Origin: Sphaerodactylus townsendi
Taxonomy: Eukaryota
Reading direction: 5' to 3'
Length of the DNA stretch: 64,000 nucleotides
Assembly (NCBI RefSeq): GCF_021028975.2
Contig: NC_059430.1
Coordinates: 60,326,001-60,390,000 of the forward strand
A model generated the notes under the pieces. The model saw only the letters and a list, made by a program, of their open reading frames with translations, was not told the origin of the DNA and did not search any database. This document shows, one piece after another, positions 25,066 to 36,392 of this stretch. A program made the position numbers and the translations under genes. Each line of letters opens with the position of its first letter. Positions within the stretch are counted from its first letter, which is position 1.

Positions 25066-25335
25066 GGAGCAGCAGTGATGTAGTGGTTAAGAGCACGTGT
25101 ACTCTAATCTGGAAGAACCGGGTTTGATTCCCCACTCTGCCACCTTCAGATTAGAATCAGAATTCAGATCAGAATTCAGATTAGCCTGTACACTCCAACA
25201 CACGCCAGCTGGGTGACCTTGGGCTAGTCACAGTTCTTCTGAGCTCTCTCAGCCCCACCTACCTCACAGGGTGTTTGTTGTGAAGGGGGAAGGGCAAGGA
25301 GTTTGTAAGCTCCTTTGAGTCTCCTATAGGAGAGA
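25066..25335 (+). mobile_element. Squam3-like tRNA SINE
   Basis: A box TAGTGGTTAAG, B box GGGTTTGATTCCC; body matches the 52.2 kb copy. Confidence 0.9.
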
Positions 25336-25959
25336 ATGTCCAGTGCCACAAGCCTAATAATGACTTGCAAAGAAAATATCATTGTCCACAAACAGCTGAG
25401 AATCTCTGCAAATTGTGTGGGGAAAAACCTGATTGAGCCTCTTTGTCCTGAGTGGACACCTCCTGGGTTGCAGCCATGGCCTGTCCTTCCTCTGCAGGAT
25501 CTGTGTGGAGAGGCATTGGATAGAAGAAGTGATAAGGGCATAATGTTCACACCAGGATTACAATCAGTCTGCAGGCTATCACATTCCACCCACCAAACAG
25601 GTACACAGCACACCAGTATAGTCCTTAGTTCCTTCAGATTCTATGTCACGTTAGTTGGAGGGTGCCTTCCTTTAAAATAGGGCATTTCTTGGCATACATC
25701 AAAGCAATAGATTGACCCTTTTCTGAATCTCACACTGTATAATTCTCATGTGCTTGATATTGATATTGGATGTTGGGAGTATCTGGAAACACACAGGATT
25801 ATAATGTGTGCTCAAGGACTGTTCAGTAAAGGTGGTGAGATCCTGAAAGGCAGCTTCATGTTCATACAAATATGAATATTTGTATTTGTATTCATATTCA
25901 TACAAATAGTCAAAATCAACAACTGCTCATACATATATTTTCTCTGTTGTGGCTCCTAC

Positions 25960-26515
25960 TTTATAAAATGGAGGTCAGGAAAGCTCTCATACTTTGCTTT
26001 CTTCAAACTCTGCAAAACTGAACTATTCAAGAGAGCTTTTCTGTGCAGGTAATAGAGTAGCACTGTATAAAATAGTTCACAAATTAATTTTGTTATATTA
26101 CTGATCCTATAGTCTATACCAGGGGTAGGGAACCTGCGGCTCTCCAGATGTTCAGGAACTACAATTCCCATCAGCCTCTGTCAGCATGGCCAATTGGCCA
26201 TGCTGGTAGGGGCTGATGGGAATTGTAGTTCCTGAACATCTGGAGAGCCGCAGGTTCCCTACCCCTGGTCTATACTGTGAAGTATAACTTATTTTAATAG
26301 GATCCTACTATGTAATTTCTGTACAACTCAATATGTCATGTTAATATGCATTAATATGCATTGCTACTCAGTTCTTTCTGGTGATTCCAGACTTCTACAG
26401 TCCAATGCATTGGTTAGTTAATCTCCCATTTTGTTGCTTGTACTGACTTACTATGTGTAATCTACCTTCAGTCCCTATGAGAAAGGTAGACTATAAATAA
26501 TGTAAATAAATAAAA
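25960..26515 (+). mobile_element. L2-type LINE 3' end, interrupted by a MITE
   Basis: Similar to 47030-47437 (GCAAAACTGAACTATTCAAG..., TGTGTAATC..CCTT..GAGAAAGGTAGA, TAAA tail). Confidence 0.7.
26120..26267. mobile_element. URR1-like hAT MITE, near-perfect palindrome
   Basis: TIR CAGGGGTAGGGAACC; perfect 8-bp TSD GTCTATAC (26112-26119, 26268-26275). Confidence 0.95.
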
Positions 26516-27704
26516 AAGAACAGCATGACAGAAGGAAGACTATATATTCACGCAGGGAACAAACAAATCTATTAATTTTGTGGTAGCTCCCTTTGTGTCT
26601 CACCATATATCATTCTATACTGTAAAAAAAGAAATATATAGAGGAATAGTGTACTCTTAAACAAAATTACCTCCTTCTAATCCCACTGAAGTCAATGAAT
26701 TTACAAGGGTGTAACTCAGGATTTCGCTGTAAATGTTTCAAAACATGCTACCAATGATGTTTTAATTGTTTCATCAAGTAATTAGTATACATGTTCAGGA
26801 AGTACATTATTTCACAAATAATGGAAAATTGAATTTAAATTTATTATTTAAAATGTTTTAAATCTTGATTTAAATGTGATTAATTTAAATTGGTGATTCT
26901 GTCTTCAAGACTGTCTCTCCCCCCTCCCCCCTTTACTAACATGTATGATGTTGAAAAGATATCATGGTAGGTGATTGACTGTTAGAATTTACAGCATGAG
27001 TCTGGTGACTAATTGGAGACTCACTGCTGGTAGAGGCCCTTGCTGGTAATGCAGTGATGTCACCAGCAACACATCGACCTCCATTCTTGCACAACTGGAA
27101 GTTACATTGGCACATTGCTAGGGACAGTTTAGCATTTTGCAAAAATTCCATGGATAACTTGTAGAATTTTAGATGTACACTAGAGTGTTGTCAGTGACAT
27201 GTTGACATCAGTTTCAGTTGTGCCAGAAGTGATATTGGTGCATTGGAATTGGTGCATTGGGATTTTAGCTATCATCTTCTCCCCCATTTCCCTTTTATTT
27301 TTCTCCTTCTTCTGAGCTGAGTGGTGGCTGGAAGATTCCACTGGGTGCAGGAGATTCCCCACCTCCAGCAGGAATTTGGCACCCATATAAGCTGTATGTT
27401 GCTAATTGGGCTAAGGCCTGGCCAGAAACTCACAACAGTATCATGCTGTGATTAATTGGCCATAAATGTATCAATTACACCATTTTGCATCTCTGCAAAC
27501 AGAAAGTGGAAGAATCAGCTATCAAGAAAGCTTCAGATTCACCTTCCCCTTCCTTTCATTTATTTGTAAATGTTTATTCGGAACATTTAAATGCTTCATA
27601 GGAAATTATATATTACCATATTCAAAGATTTAAGATGTACTTTTAGACTACCTTTTATTTCATATACTGTACACTGTTACAGTCCCTCCCTGCTGCATGT
27701 TTCT

Positions 27705-27917
27705 GTGTGGAAAGTGCCATCAAGTCACAGCTGACTTGTGACAACTCAGTAGGGTTTTCAGTGCAAGCGACTAATAAAGGTGGTTTGCCATTCCCTTCAT
27801 CTGCGTAGTAAGCCCAATATTCCTTGAAGGTCTTCCATCCAAGTACAAGCCAGAACTAACCCTGCTTATCTTCTGAGATATGATGAGATCAGACTAGATG
27901 GGCCATCCATTCAGGCC
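27705..27917 (-). mobile_element. 5S rRNA-headed Sauria-like SINE
   Basis: Reverse complement GATCTCATCATATCTCAGAAGATAAGCAGGGTTAG...GTACTTGGATGGAAGACC resembles the 5S internal promoter region, followed by GGCAAACCACCT. Confidence 0.8.
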
Positions 27918-28417
27918 GTTTTGGCCCTGTGTGCAAAAGCATGTTTTCATTGCCACTACTCCAAGATATAAAATCCAGACTCACAAGTGACCAGTGCCTT
28001 GGAGTAACCTGGTAATGCTGCTTCTGATCAAGTAGGAAGGACAGAGCTTCCAATTGCTTTAGTACTTCCCATGCATGTGTATCCTTAGTGTATAAGATCA
28101 GTCTTCAGTTTGTGGGTGAGTTTTCAAGAAAGAAGCTTTAATACTAAAGATTAAACTAGACCATGTACATAAAAAATAGCTATCAGATGAGAATATAGAT
28201 CTAAGAACCCCATCCAAAGCCCCCCCCCCCGAATCCACCCTTGGGAGTGGTGGGGCAGCCATGCTGGCAAATTCGCCCTCTCTGGAGTACTCAACCCAGT
28301 GGAGGGATGAAACCACCACTGCCACCCTCCCCTGGCAGTGGGACACAGTGTAGGATGCTGCGGCAGCATCCCTGTGCCTGTGCAACCACTGGTGTTGTGC
28401 CGGCAGGTCACAATCCA

Positions 28418-28489
<72 letters not shown>
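28418..28489 (+). repeat. (GAT)n microsatellite
   Basis: About 24 units seen directly. Confidence 0.97.
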
Positions 28490-28490
<1 letters not shown>

Positions 28491-28529
28491 GAAGATGTCA
28501 CAGCTGCCAGATCTTTCGCTGGTTGTTGG

Positions 28530-28690
28530 NNNNNNNNNNNNNNNNNNNNNNNNNNNNNNNNNNNNNNNNNNNNNNNNNNNNNNNNNNNNNNNNNNNNNNN
28601 NNNNNNNNNNNNNNNNNNNNNNNNNNNNNNNNNNNNNNNNNNNNNNNNNNNNNNNNNNNNNNNNNNNNNNNNNNNNNNNNNNNNNNNNNN
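28530..28690. other. Assembly gap (161 N)
   Basis: N run. Confidence 1.
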
Positions 28691-29005
28691 CTCTACCCCC
28701 AGTGGGCTCAGAGCAGTTTACATCAAATAAAATCACCAATAAATAACAAATACAAACAATCAACAATTCAGCTAAAACTCAATACAATCAATAAGATCAG
28801 TAGCAAACATTAACCCACTCATGATTTAGTGGATGACGTCCAGTCCTACCCCTGGGAGGGGACTGAAAGCCAATGACAAGGCCAGATGGTACAGCGGGCA
28901 TCAAGGCGTGGCGGCAACTCCGCGGCCAGCGCCCCCCCCCCAAAGCCCGGTGGAACAGCTCAGTTTTACAGGCCCTGTGGAACTCACCAAGGTCCCAGAG
29001 GGCCC
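28691..29005 (-). mobile_element. L2-type LINE 3' end
   Basis: Minus frame ALWDLGEFHRACKTELFHRA followed by 3' UTR; similar to 49075-49140. Confidence 0.8.
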
Positions 29006-30062
29006 AAACCTGTTGGCTTTCAAAAGTCCCTTGTGTGTCATTGAGGCTTCTCAGTGGCAGGGAGGCTGTTGCACTTTGCGAGCTTTCCCACACCACTAGG
29101 AACCCTCTTTGGGAGTGGCGGGGTGGCACCACATGGGCACCACAGCCTGCCACCTCCACTGTGGATGAGGCTGCCTGTAAACAAAAGGAAAAACATCATT
29201 CTGATTAAGGTCCCTTCTATTATTTTTTCACTACTTCTCACCCATGCGTAGTTATGCAGGCAAGCGGAAATGAACCCCCACACCATTCTGATGTCCCACT
29301 ATACAACTATACAACCACCTGCACCTGCATACACAGATGCAAGCCGCAAAATTTTAAAAAGGAAAACAGAGGCAAATAAAGCGCCTCCTGCCCAGCCATT
29401 CACTTGCGAGCAGCTGCAACCCAGGATTTCTGAAAGGACTTGCTTGTTTAGTGATTTAAAAAAAAACATTTTGGGAGAAATAACACAGGGCAGATTAGTT
29501 TGGGGGGCAGGATCTATGTGAAGCCCCTCCCCCAACAGGTTTTTTAGCGACCTACACTCATGTTTGTTGGCCCGTGCGGAATGGGCCAAAGTTGCACTAG
29601 ACAACAGTTATCTTAGATACAACAAACACATTCTCCACCCTCCTGCTGTAATGTTATAGAAGATGAGGAAGCCCAGTGGTCACAGCATCTGGGCAAACTG
29701 TTTGAACCCAGAACAAATAAAGATTTCATCTTTTAAAACTTCTGCCTCCTGAGGTGAAAACCTCCCCCCTTCCCACCCAGAGTTATGAATCCTACTCCTT
29801 ATGGGAGATACTCAGCTCTCTGACAATGAGCCCTTCTGGCAAGTCTTTCTTTCTTCAATCAGGTTTTATGATGCACATTCATCTGTTCATTATGCAGGTA
29901 GGCCAAATAGCTGGGTTTTCCACTGAGCCCCAGTTCTTGTTTTTTCTGACGCTCCCCTCCTAAGAAAATAAACAGATGCCATAGTTTCAGGGTCCCAATC
30001 AACGCATACATAACCTTGTAAAAATAATAATTGAAAAGCTTTCAGGTCACATTAGAAGCAGC

Positions 30063-31288
30063 CAAGGATGTAGGTAAGGGGGTTTCCTGGGTTCAAACCC
30101 CCATATTACATGTCCGAAGCTCTGCTCCGTTTGGTTTTTTTGTATTTTTAGTGTAAGTCCCGCAGGGCCCTGATCTCCCTAGGGAGCCTGTTCCACCAGG
30201 TAGGGGCCAGGGCTGAAAAGGCCCTGCCCCTCGTCGAGGCCAGCCTGATCATTTTTGGGCCAGGGATCACGAGTAGGTCCTCCTCCGAGGAGCGGAGGAG
30301 CCTACCAGGGCAATATGGGGAGAGGCGGTCCCTCAGGTATGCAGGTCCGCGAACGGCTTTGAAGGTCAAAACCAACACTTTAAACATAATCTGGAACTCA
30401 ATCGGCAGCCAGTGCAGATGGTATAGGATCGGTGTAATTCGATCCCTGCTCGAACTGTCAGTAAGCAGCCTGGCTGCTGCATTCTGAATGAGTTTTAATT
30501 TCCGGATCATGGCCAAAAGGCAAGCCCGCGAGAGCGAGTTACAGTAGTCTAACCTGGAGGTGACCGTTGCATGGATCGCCGTTGCTAGATCAGAATGGGA
30601 GAGGTACGGGGCCAGTTGCCATGCCTGCCGCAGATGGAAGAAAGCTTGGGTGGTATCATCATGAGAGGCTCCTAAAGATACCCTGAAAGCTTGGTGCTGC
30701 TAGCTTAACAATTGCACCACTGACAGCAGGCACCCTTCAAATTCCCCCAGATTCTCCTTTTAAATCCAACCCCTTCAGCATGGATTTAAAGGGAGAATCT
30801 GAGGTCCCCAATTTAAACATTGAAAGTGATGCTGTTTCAGGGTTGGGGATAATCCAAAACAGCATCACTTTCAATGTTGTTTTAACTGGGGACCCCAGAT
30901 TCTCCCTTTAAGATGGATTTAAAAGGAGATCTGGGCTCCCTAGTTTAAACACTATTGAAAGTGATGCTGTTTTGGGGTGGATTCCAACATCACAGCTCAT
31001 AGGGGCCCCCCAAAAAACTCAAATTTTGCACCGGGCTCCATTTTTCCTAGCTACACCTCTGCCTGGAGGGGAGGGCAGAAGAGACTGCTGGCTGCCGGCT
31101 GGAAGCCCAGCAGGTGGGGGGGGAGCGGGGCAGGGGAGTCTACCATCCCTGGCCTTGGAGAGCTGCTTGTATAAGCACTGAGGCCGTGGGTGGGGTTTGT
31201 GGAGGTGTGGTCATGCCCTCAGAGGTGGGTGGGGGCATTGCCCCACTTCCTGAACCCACTCCATAAAATATCTATACCTACGTCACTG
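30063..31288. mobile_element. Composite hAT-like element with nested L2 and second DNA-element pieces
   Basis: Imperfect TIR CAAGGATGTAGGTA / TACCTACGTCACTG; partial TSD GAAGCAGC / GAAGCTAA. Confidence 0.5.
30150..30650 (-). mobile_element. L2 LINE RT C-terminal fragment
   Basis: LIQNAAARLLT...ITPILYHLHWLPIEFQIMFKVLVLTFKA...RAFSALAPTWWNRLP. Confidence 0.92.
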
Positions 31289-31839
31289 GAAGCTAAATGT
31301 ATCAAATATCTTTTTAAACTCTGCTTGTTGAACACAAGTGGGTTTTGTTGATATTCTCAAATTTAAACGCTCATAAGTTGTTCATGGTTACTAATATCAA
31401 TATACTGTAATAAAGTAAATCCAGGTACTGTAAGATAAATCTGATATATCTTACACACTTTCCATTTAGTCGCTAGTTCTTATTTCATGAAATGTCAAGT
31501 TGAGATGATCTAAAACTTTTAACAACTTCCACTGGGAAATGGATGGCTGAGAATACTGAAAATTTAACCATTTGCCATATTCACATCTTTCATATATAAT
31601 AAATATGCTTATCTGGGTGTTCTTGGATATTTTTAGGGAAAGAGGAATCTAATTCCATTTGGGATTTATTTAAACCTTGACTTTGGATTTTTTTAAAAAA
31701 AAATATGCCTGTATATTTTTATTATTAAGCTCTAAATAAAAATGAACTCTTGAGGTTTTAACCCCAAATTTCTGTTTACTAGAGAAAGAAATTGATAGAA
31801 GTTAACACACGAAATTAAATTACTGAATTATTAAAATGT

Positions 31840-32497
31840 AAAGATGTGATCAGTACTTTTTAGTTGGTTCTACTTATTTTGACAGCCTACTTAGATTACT
31901 TATATTTGATTGAGAGAAGCTTCTCAGCCAGTGCACATGCAGCCTTCCAGCAGAGTAGGTGTAACCCCCATGCCCAGAATGGGTTGGCCCAGAATGGGTT
32001 GACCCAGTAAGGGGTGGAGACTCGGAGCAGCAGAGAGGCTGAAAGAGCTCTTTTGCAGAAGAACAAGGCTACCAGACTCGGACCTTGATTTCTATAAGCC
32101 CTTAACACCTTGTTAAGGTAATTTCAATATTGTTGGGAACTACTGGGAAGGTAGTTGTTGTTTTGCTGTGTTGTAAATGTTGGAGTTTATTGTTTCAGGG
32201 TTTCTTTTGTGGTTGTAATGGGTGAGAGTTCTCCTGGAGACCTTCATCATGTTGCAACCTGTTCATCAAGCCCTTGGAGTCTTCAGGAGCCAGCCAACTT
32301 GCAAAGGAGAATTTGGACTTGGCAATATCAGTAGACTGTAAATAGAAGGACTTGTAATGCAACCTGAACAGGACCTTGAATTGTAACGTTAAATGTTGAT
32401 GTTATATGTAAAGAAAAGTAAACCATTTTGTTGTTTAAAAATTGTTGTTGCAACTCATTCCAAGTACTGCCCCACAGAACCCACAGTAGAGGTTACA
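31840..32497 (+). mobile_element. Solo-LTR-like segment
   Basis: TATAAG at ~32092, AGTAAA at ~32418, ends GGTTACA; 5' end uncertain; internal 15-bp tandem CCCAGAATGGGTTG. Confidence 0.5.
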
Positions 32498-33183
32498 TAG
32501 GCAGGGGTTTGGTTTAAAAAAAAAGTCCCAGCAGGACTGTTGAAGCTCCGTATCCCTTCATGCTGCATTCTTGAGCTGAATTAGGCTTCAGTACACTTTG
32601 GAATGTTAGTTCCCTGACATCACATCTGACTGTTCAAAGGAACAGAGTTGGGGTGGTGGATGTCTAATTTGGGCCTCTGGCTGCCTCCCTCCCCAATTGT
32701 GTCATTTTGGTACTCTGGTGTTTTGAAATCAATTGAGGGTCCCCACCCCCCCACCCCAAATCTGTAATAATGCCTTTTGATGCATTATTTACACACACAT
32801 CTCTTACACAATTTTCTCATTTAAAGCTTTTTGAAGTTCAAATTATTTTAAAGAAGTCCAAGTTGTAGGGTTTTTTTGTTAGCAAGGGAGCATTCTGTTA
32901 TAGTTTAATACTGAATGAGCAACCTGTTTTATATTTTCAATCTCTGCATAATGAATCATAGTCTCCCTGATGTCCGGGGTTTGAGCACAATGTTTTTAAT
33001 AAATCTTCCTCTGTTTCATAACACTTCAGCTTGTGCTGGTGTTCCATAAATTATGGCTAAGCCCACTGAATGCCATTGTGCCTGGTAGAAAGTGCATTAT
33101 TCTTTTGCTTGTATACCAAAAATATTCCTATAGTTTATTGTTGTAAGCATCCTCTGTTTAACTGTGCTGTATGCTACTAATTT

Positions 33184-33885
33184 TTGCCCAAGGAGCTGCT
33201 GATACAGTTCTACAGAGGAATCATTGAGTCTGTTATCTGCACCTCTATAACTGTGTGGTTTGGTTCTGCAACCCAACAAGATCGACACAGACTTCAGAGA
33301 ATAATCAGAACTGCAGAAAAAACAATTGCTGCTAACCTGCCTTCCATTGAGGACCTGTATACTGCACGGGTCAAAAAAAGGGCTGTGAAAATATTTACTG
33401 ACCCCTCGCATCCTGGACATAAACTGTTTCAACTCTTACCCTCTAAACGTCACTACAGAGCACTGCACACCAAGACAACTAGACATAAGAACAGTTTTTT
33501 CCCGAATGCCATCACTCTGTTAAACAAATGATTCCCTCGATAATGTCAAACTATTTATTATATATTTATTATATAATTACTGCACTACTTTTTTCATCAT
33601 TCCTATTACCCATCTCCTCCCAATTATGACTGTATGACTATAGCCTGTGCTGACATTTCATTTTATTTTATGATTTTACATTTTATGTTTTTATTACTAT
33701 TGATTGTTTCCTGATTGCTTACTAGACCTATATGACAATCATTAAGTGCTGTACCTTATGATTCTTGACAAATGTATTTTCTTTTATGTACACTGAGAGC
33801 ATATGCACCGGAGACAAATTCCTTGTGTGTCCAATCACACTTGGCCAATAAAGATTCTATTCTATTCTATTCTATTCTATTCTAT
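33184..33885 (+). mobile_element. Rex1/Babar LINE, 5'-truncated, with (TTCTA)n tail
   Basis: Uninterrupted ORF FYRGIIESVICTSITVWFGS...DPSHPGHKLFQLLPSKR...NSFFP (Rex1 RT C-terminus); AATAAA then (TTCTA)n at ~33855-33885. Confidence 0.92.
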
Positions 33886-35234
33886 TTTTAAAATCTTTAT
33901 ACCCTGCTTTTCTCCCCATTGGAACCCTACAGTGGCTTACAGCTTCTTCCTCCATTCATGCATTTTTTTCTACATTGTTACTCAAATGGATTGGTCTCTT
34001 TTACCAATAAATTAAATGAGTGCTTTAGGTTTTGTAATAGTGGTACTACTGAAAAAAGTTATTTATTTTAGGATATATTGTGTTTATTTGAAACATCTTT
34101 TGACATCTATGAAACTATAGTTCTGTTGAATGAGAATGAATAGATGTGTTACTCAATCCTGAAAACAGTAGATGCTCCTTTCAAATGAAAAGTGCAATGT
34201 ATTTCCTCCCCATCATGGATGAACTGAATAACTAATTGCAATGATACCGCAGCACTGAGGAACCTGTTGGCCTTGGATAGCCAGACCTCTGGGCCCAGTG
34301 TGGAGAGCAGTCCGTCTTGGGAACTAAATAATTAGCAGTGCCACTCTAAGCACAGTTACACCTTTCTAATCCAGTTGCATAAAATTATATTGTATGTTGC
34401 TGACCTAAGGAAAATAGCATAAAAAACTCAATTCCGTGTAATGCTGTTTCAAAGCTAGGAGAATGTGGAAGCAGGAAAAAAAACTTGAATGTAAAGTGTT
34501 AATTTCTCACAAAGTCTGTGATGTGTGAGTGACATGCTGTGAATGGATAGTGTTTAGAACTGAGTCAGAGCTGCTAACAGGAATATAGGTTGGAACTCTT
34601 GGAACCAGAGAATTCAGACATGTTTAGTATCCGTGTGTAGACCCGTGGTGGCGGCAGGGAAAAAGTAATTAGGAAAAAGGACTTTTTAGCCAAAAAGAAT
34701 GTCTAAGGAAAGAAGAATTCCTAGTCCAGGTTCTAAAAATAGAGCTAGTTAATTTCCAGTTAATTTCCAGAACTGCACATGTATATAAGCCTGCTTCTTT
34801 CTTTCTCATCAAATTTCTCCCCACCTTATTTTCCCCTGATGAGTTTAATAAATTCTTATGTTTTATCGTTAACCTTGGGAAAGCCTCTAGCATGATAATC
34901 TCTGAGATCAGCACAGGAGAGAGAAAGAGAGGATCACCTCAGTTTCTTAAGTTGGTTCAGTTATTTATTTTCTTTACTGAGGTATGGTGTGCGACAATTG
35001 AATAAAAAAACCCCAGAACAATATATGTATTAAAGTTGACCAACAAGAAGATCAGAAGAAGCCAATATCAGAAGAACTGGGGAACATTTCTGCCTCTGGG
35101 TATATGGGAGATGGGACATATCCCAGTGTGACAGTTGCTTCCAGTGCTGAGCAGCTGTGCTCATTAACTTCAGTGATTGATGAAAGTAGGATCAAATAAG
35201 CTTAATAATATGTCTCGGAATTTTGTATGTGTGT

Positions 35235-35420
35235 AATAAGTGATATCAAGTCTCAACCAATTTATGGAGATCCCAGCAAGGCGTTTTCAAGTCAAGTGAG
35301 AAACTGAACAGGTCTACTATTGCTTTCCTCTGCAGAATCTTCCTTGGTGGTCTCCCTTTTAAGTACCACCCTGCTTATCCTTCAAAATGGTACGAGACTG
35401 GGCTATTCCTTACTGCCTTC
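35235..35420 (-). mobile_element. 5S-headed Sauria-like SINE (degraded)
   Basis: TTCCTTGGTGGTCTCCC..AAGTACC.CCCTGCTTA, same as the other copies. Confidence 0.65.
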
Positions 35421-36292
35421 TCTCTCTGCAAGCTTGTAGGGAACTAATATTATTTGTGATTTTTGCACAAGCAAGCACTCTGAATCAGGGCTATTTCTGA
35501 ATAGTAAGCAAAATGTTCAGTATTAGACTTCAGTCTCCAGCCCAAAAATGTCAATTCCCATCCAGCTTTTGAATTCAACAAGGAAGAACAGTTTTTCTTT
35601 CCTCCAAATATATAAAGCATCTTACTTTGTCACTGGAGAATTAGAACTATTTGTTACCCAGCTTAACAGTATAAGAACTTATTTTTAAATAGCAATGGGG
35701 AACTACTCAGCTTGGCAGTGCGAGAGGCAGGCTGGGTGGGATCTTTTAGACAACTACACCAGAAAAATGGCTTGAAACGTTCTACAGAAAATTCACAAGA
35801 GGCCAAATTGCAGTTTAAATATTTTTATATAAGTTTTGATTTCCAGAAACAATCATACAGTGAGACGTTAAGGCTCATACACATAGTTCCTAAGTATATA
35901 AACGGGGGGTTTGGATGATAGAGTAGGAGGGGAAGCAGGGGACTTATACGTTACCTAAATTCAGCTGAAGAAGACAAGGATCTCTATGCCAGCTTGGGGA
36001 CCCAAGCGAAGGATGATATATCGTGTCTCCAACCAACTATATCAAGAGAGGTTTAGCCAGTAAAGAGCTCTGAGGCTATGGTGCACAATACTTTTATACC
36101 TTTTTGCGCAGGTAGGGGTGGGCTCAGGTAAGTTTCAGTTTCATTTTCCTGCATCTGTTGGGATTTCCCATGCTGGGTTTGCTGGCTTGAGCTAATTAGT
36201 AGCTCTGTATATTGTCGAAGGCTTTCACAGCTGGAATCAGTGGGGTGCTGTGTGGTTTCTGGGCTGTATGGCCGTGTTCTAGCAGCATTCTC

Positions 36293-36335
36293 TCCTGATG
36301 TTTCGCCTGTATCTGTGGCTGTCATCTTCAGAGGA
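36293..36335 (-). ncRNA. Hammerhead ribozyme motif, degenerate
   Basis: UCCU-CUGAAGA-U-GAC...GGC-GAAA-C-AUC-AGGA: stem II mismatch and lost ACGU palindrome. Confidence 0.6.
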
Positions 36336-36349
36336 TCTGAATCTTCAGA

Positions 36350-36392
36350 TCCTCTGAAGATGCCAGCCACAGATGCAGGCGAAACGTCAGGA
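36350..36392 (+). ncRNA. Hammerhead ribozyme (type I, minimal, intact core)
   Basis: Stem I UCCU/AGGA, CUGAAGA 36354-36360, stem II GCC(A)GC/GC(A)GGC, GAAA 36381-36384, GUC with predicted cut after 36388. Confidence 0.87.

Noticed and set aside
25066-25140. tRNA-like A/B boxes
   Set aside because: SINE head, not a tRNA gene: no cloverleaf and the SINE body follows
26936-27151. Minus ORF with an EGF-like CKNGGRC motif
   Set aside because: The remaining EGF cysteines are absent and no convincing splice sites frame it; likely chance
28098-28813. Long ORFs with poly-H/D/M/I and X runs
   Set aside because: Artefacts of the (GAT)n microsatellite and the N gap
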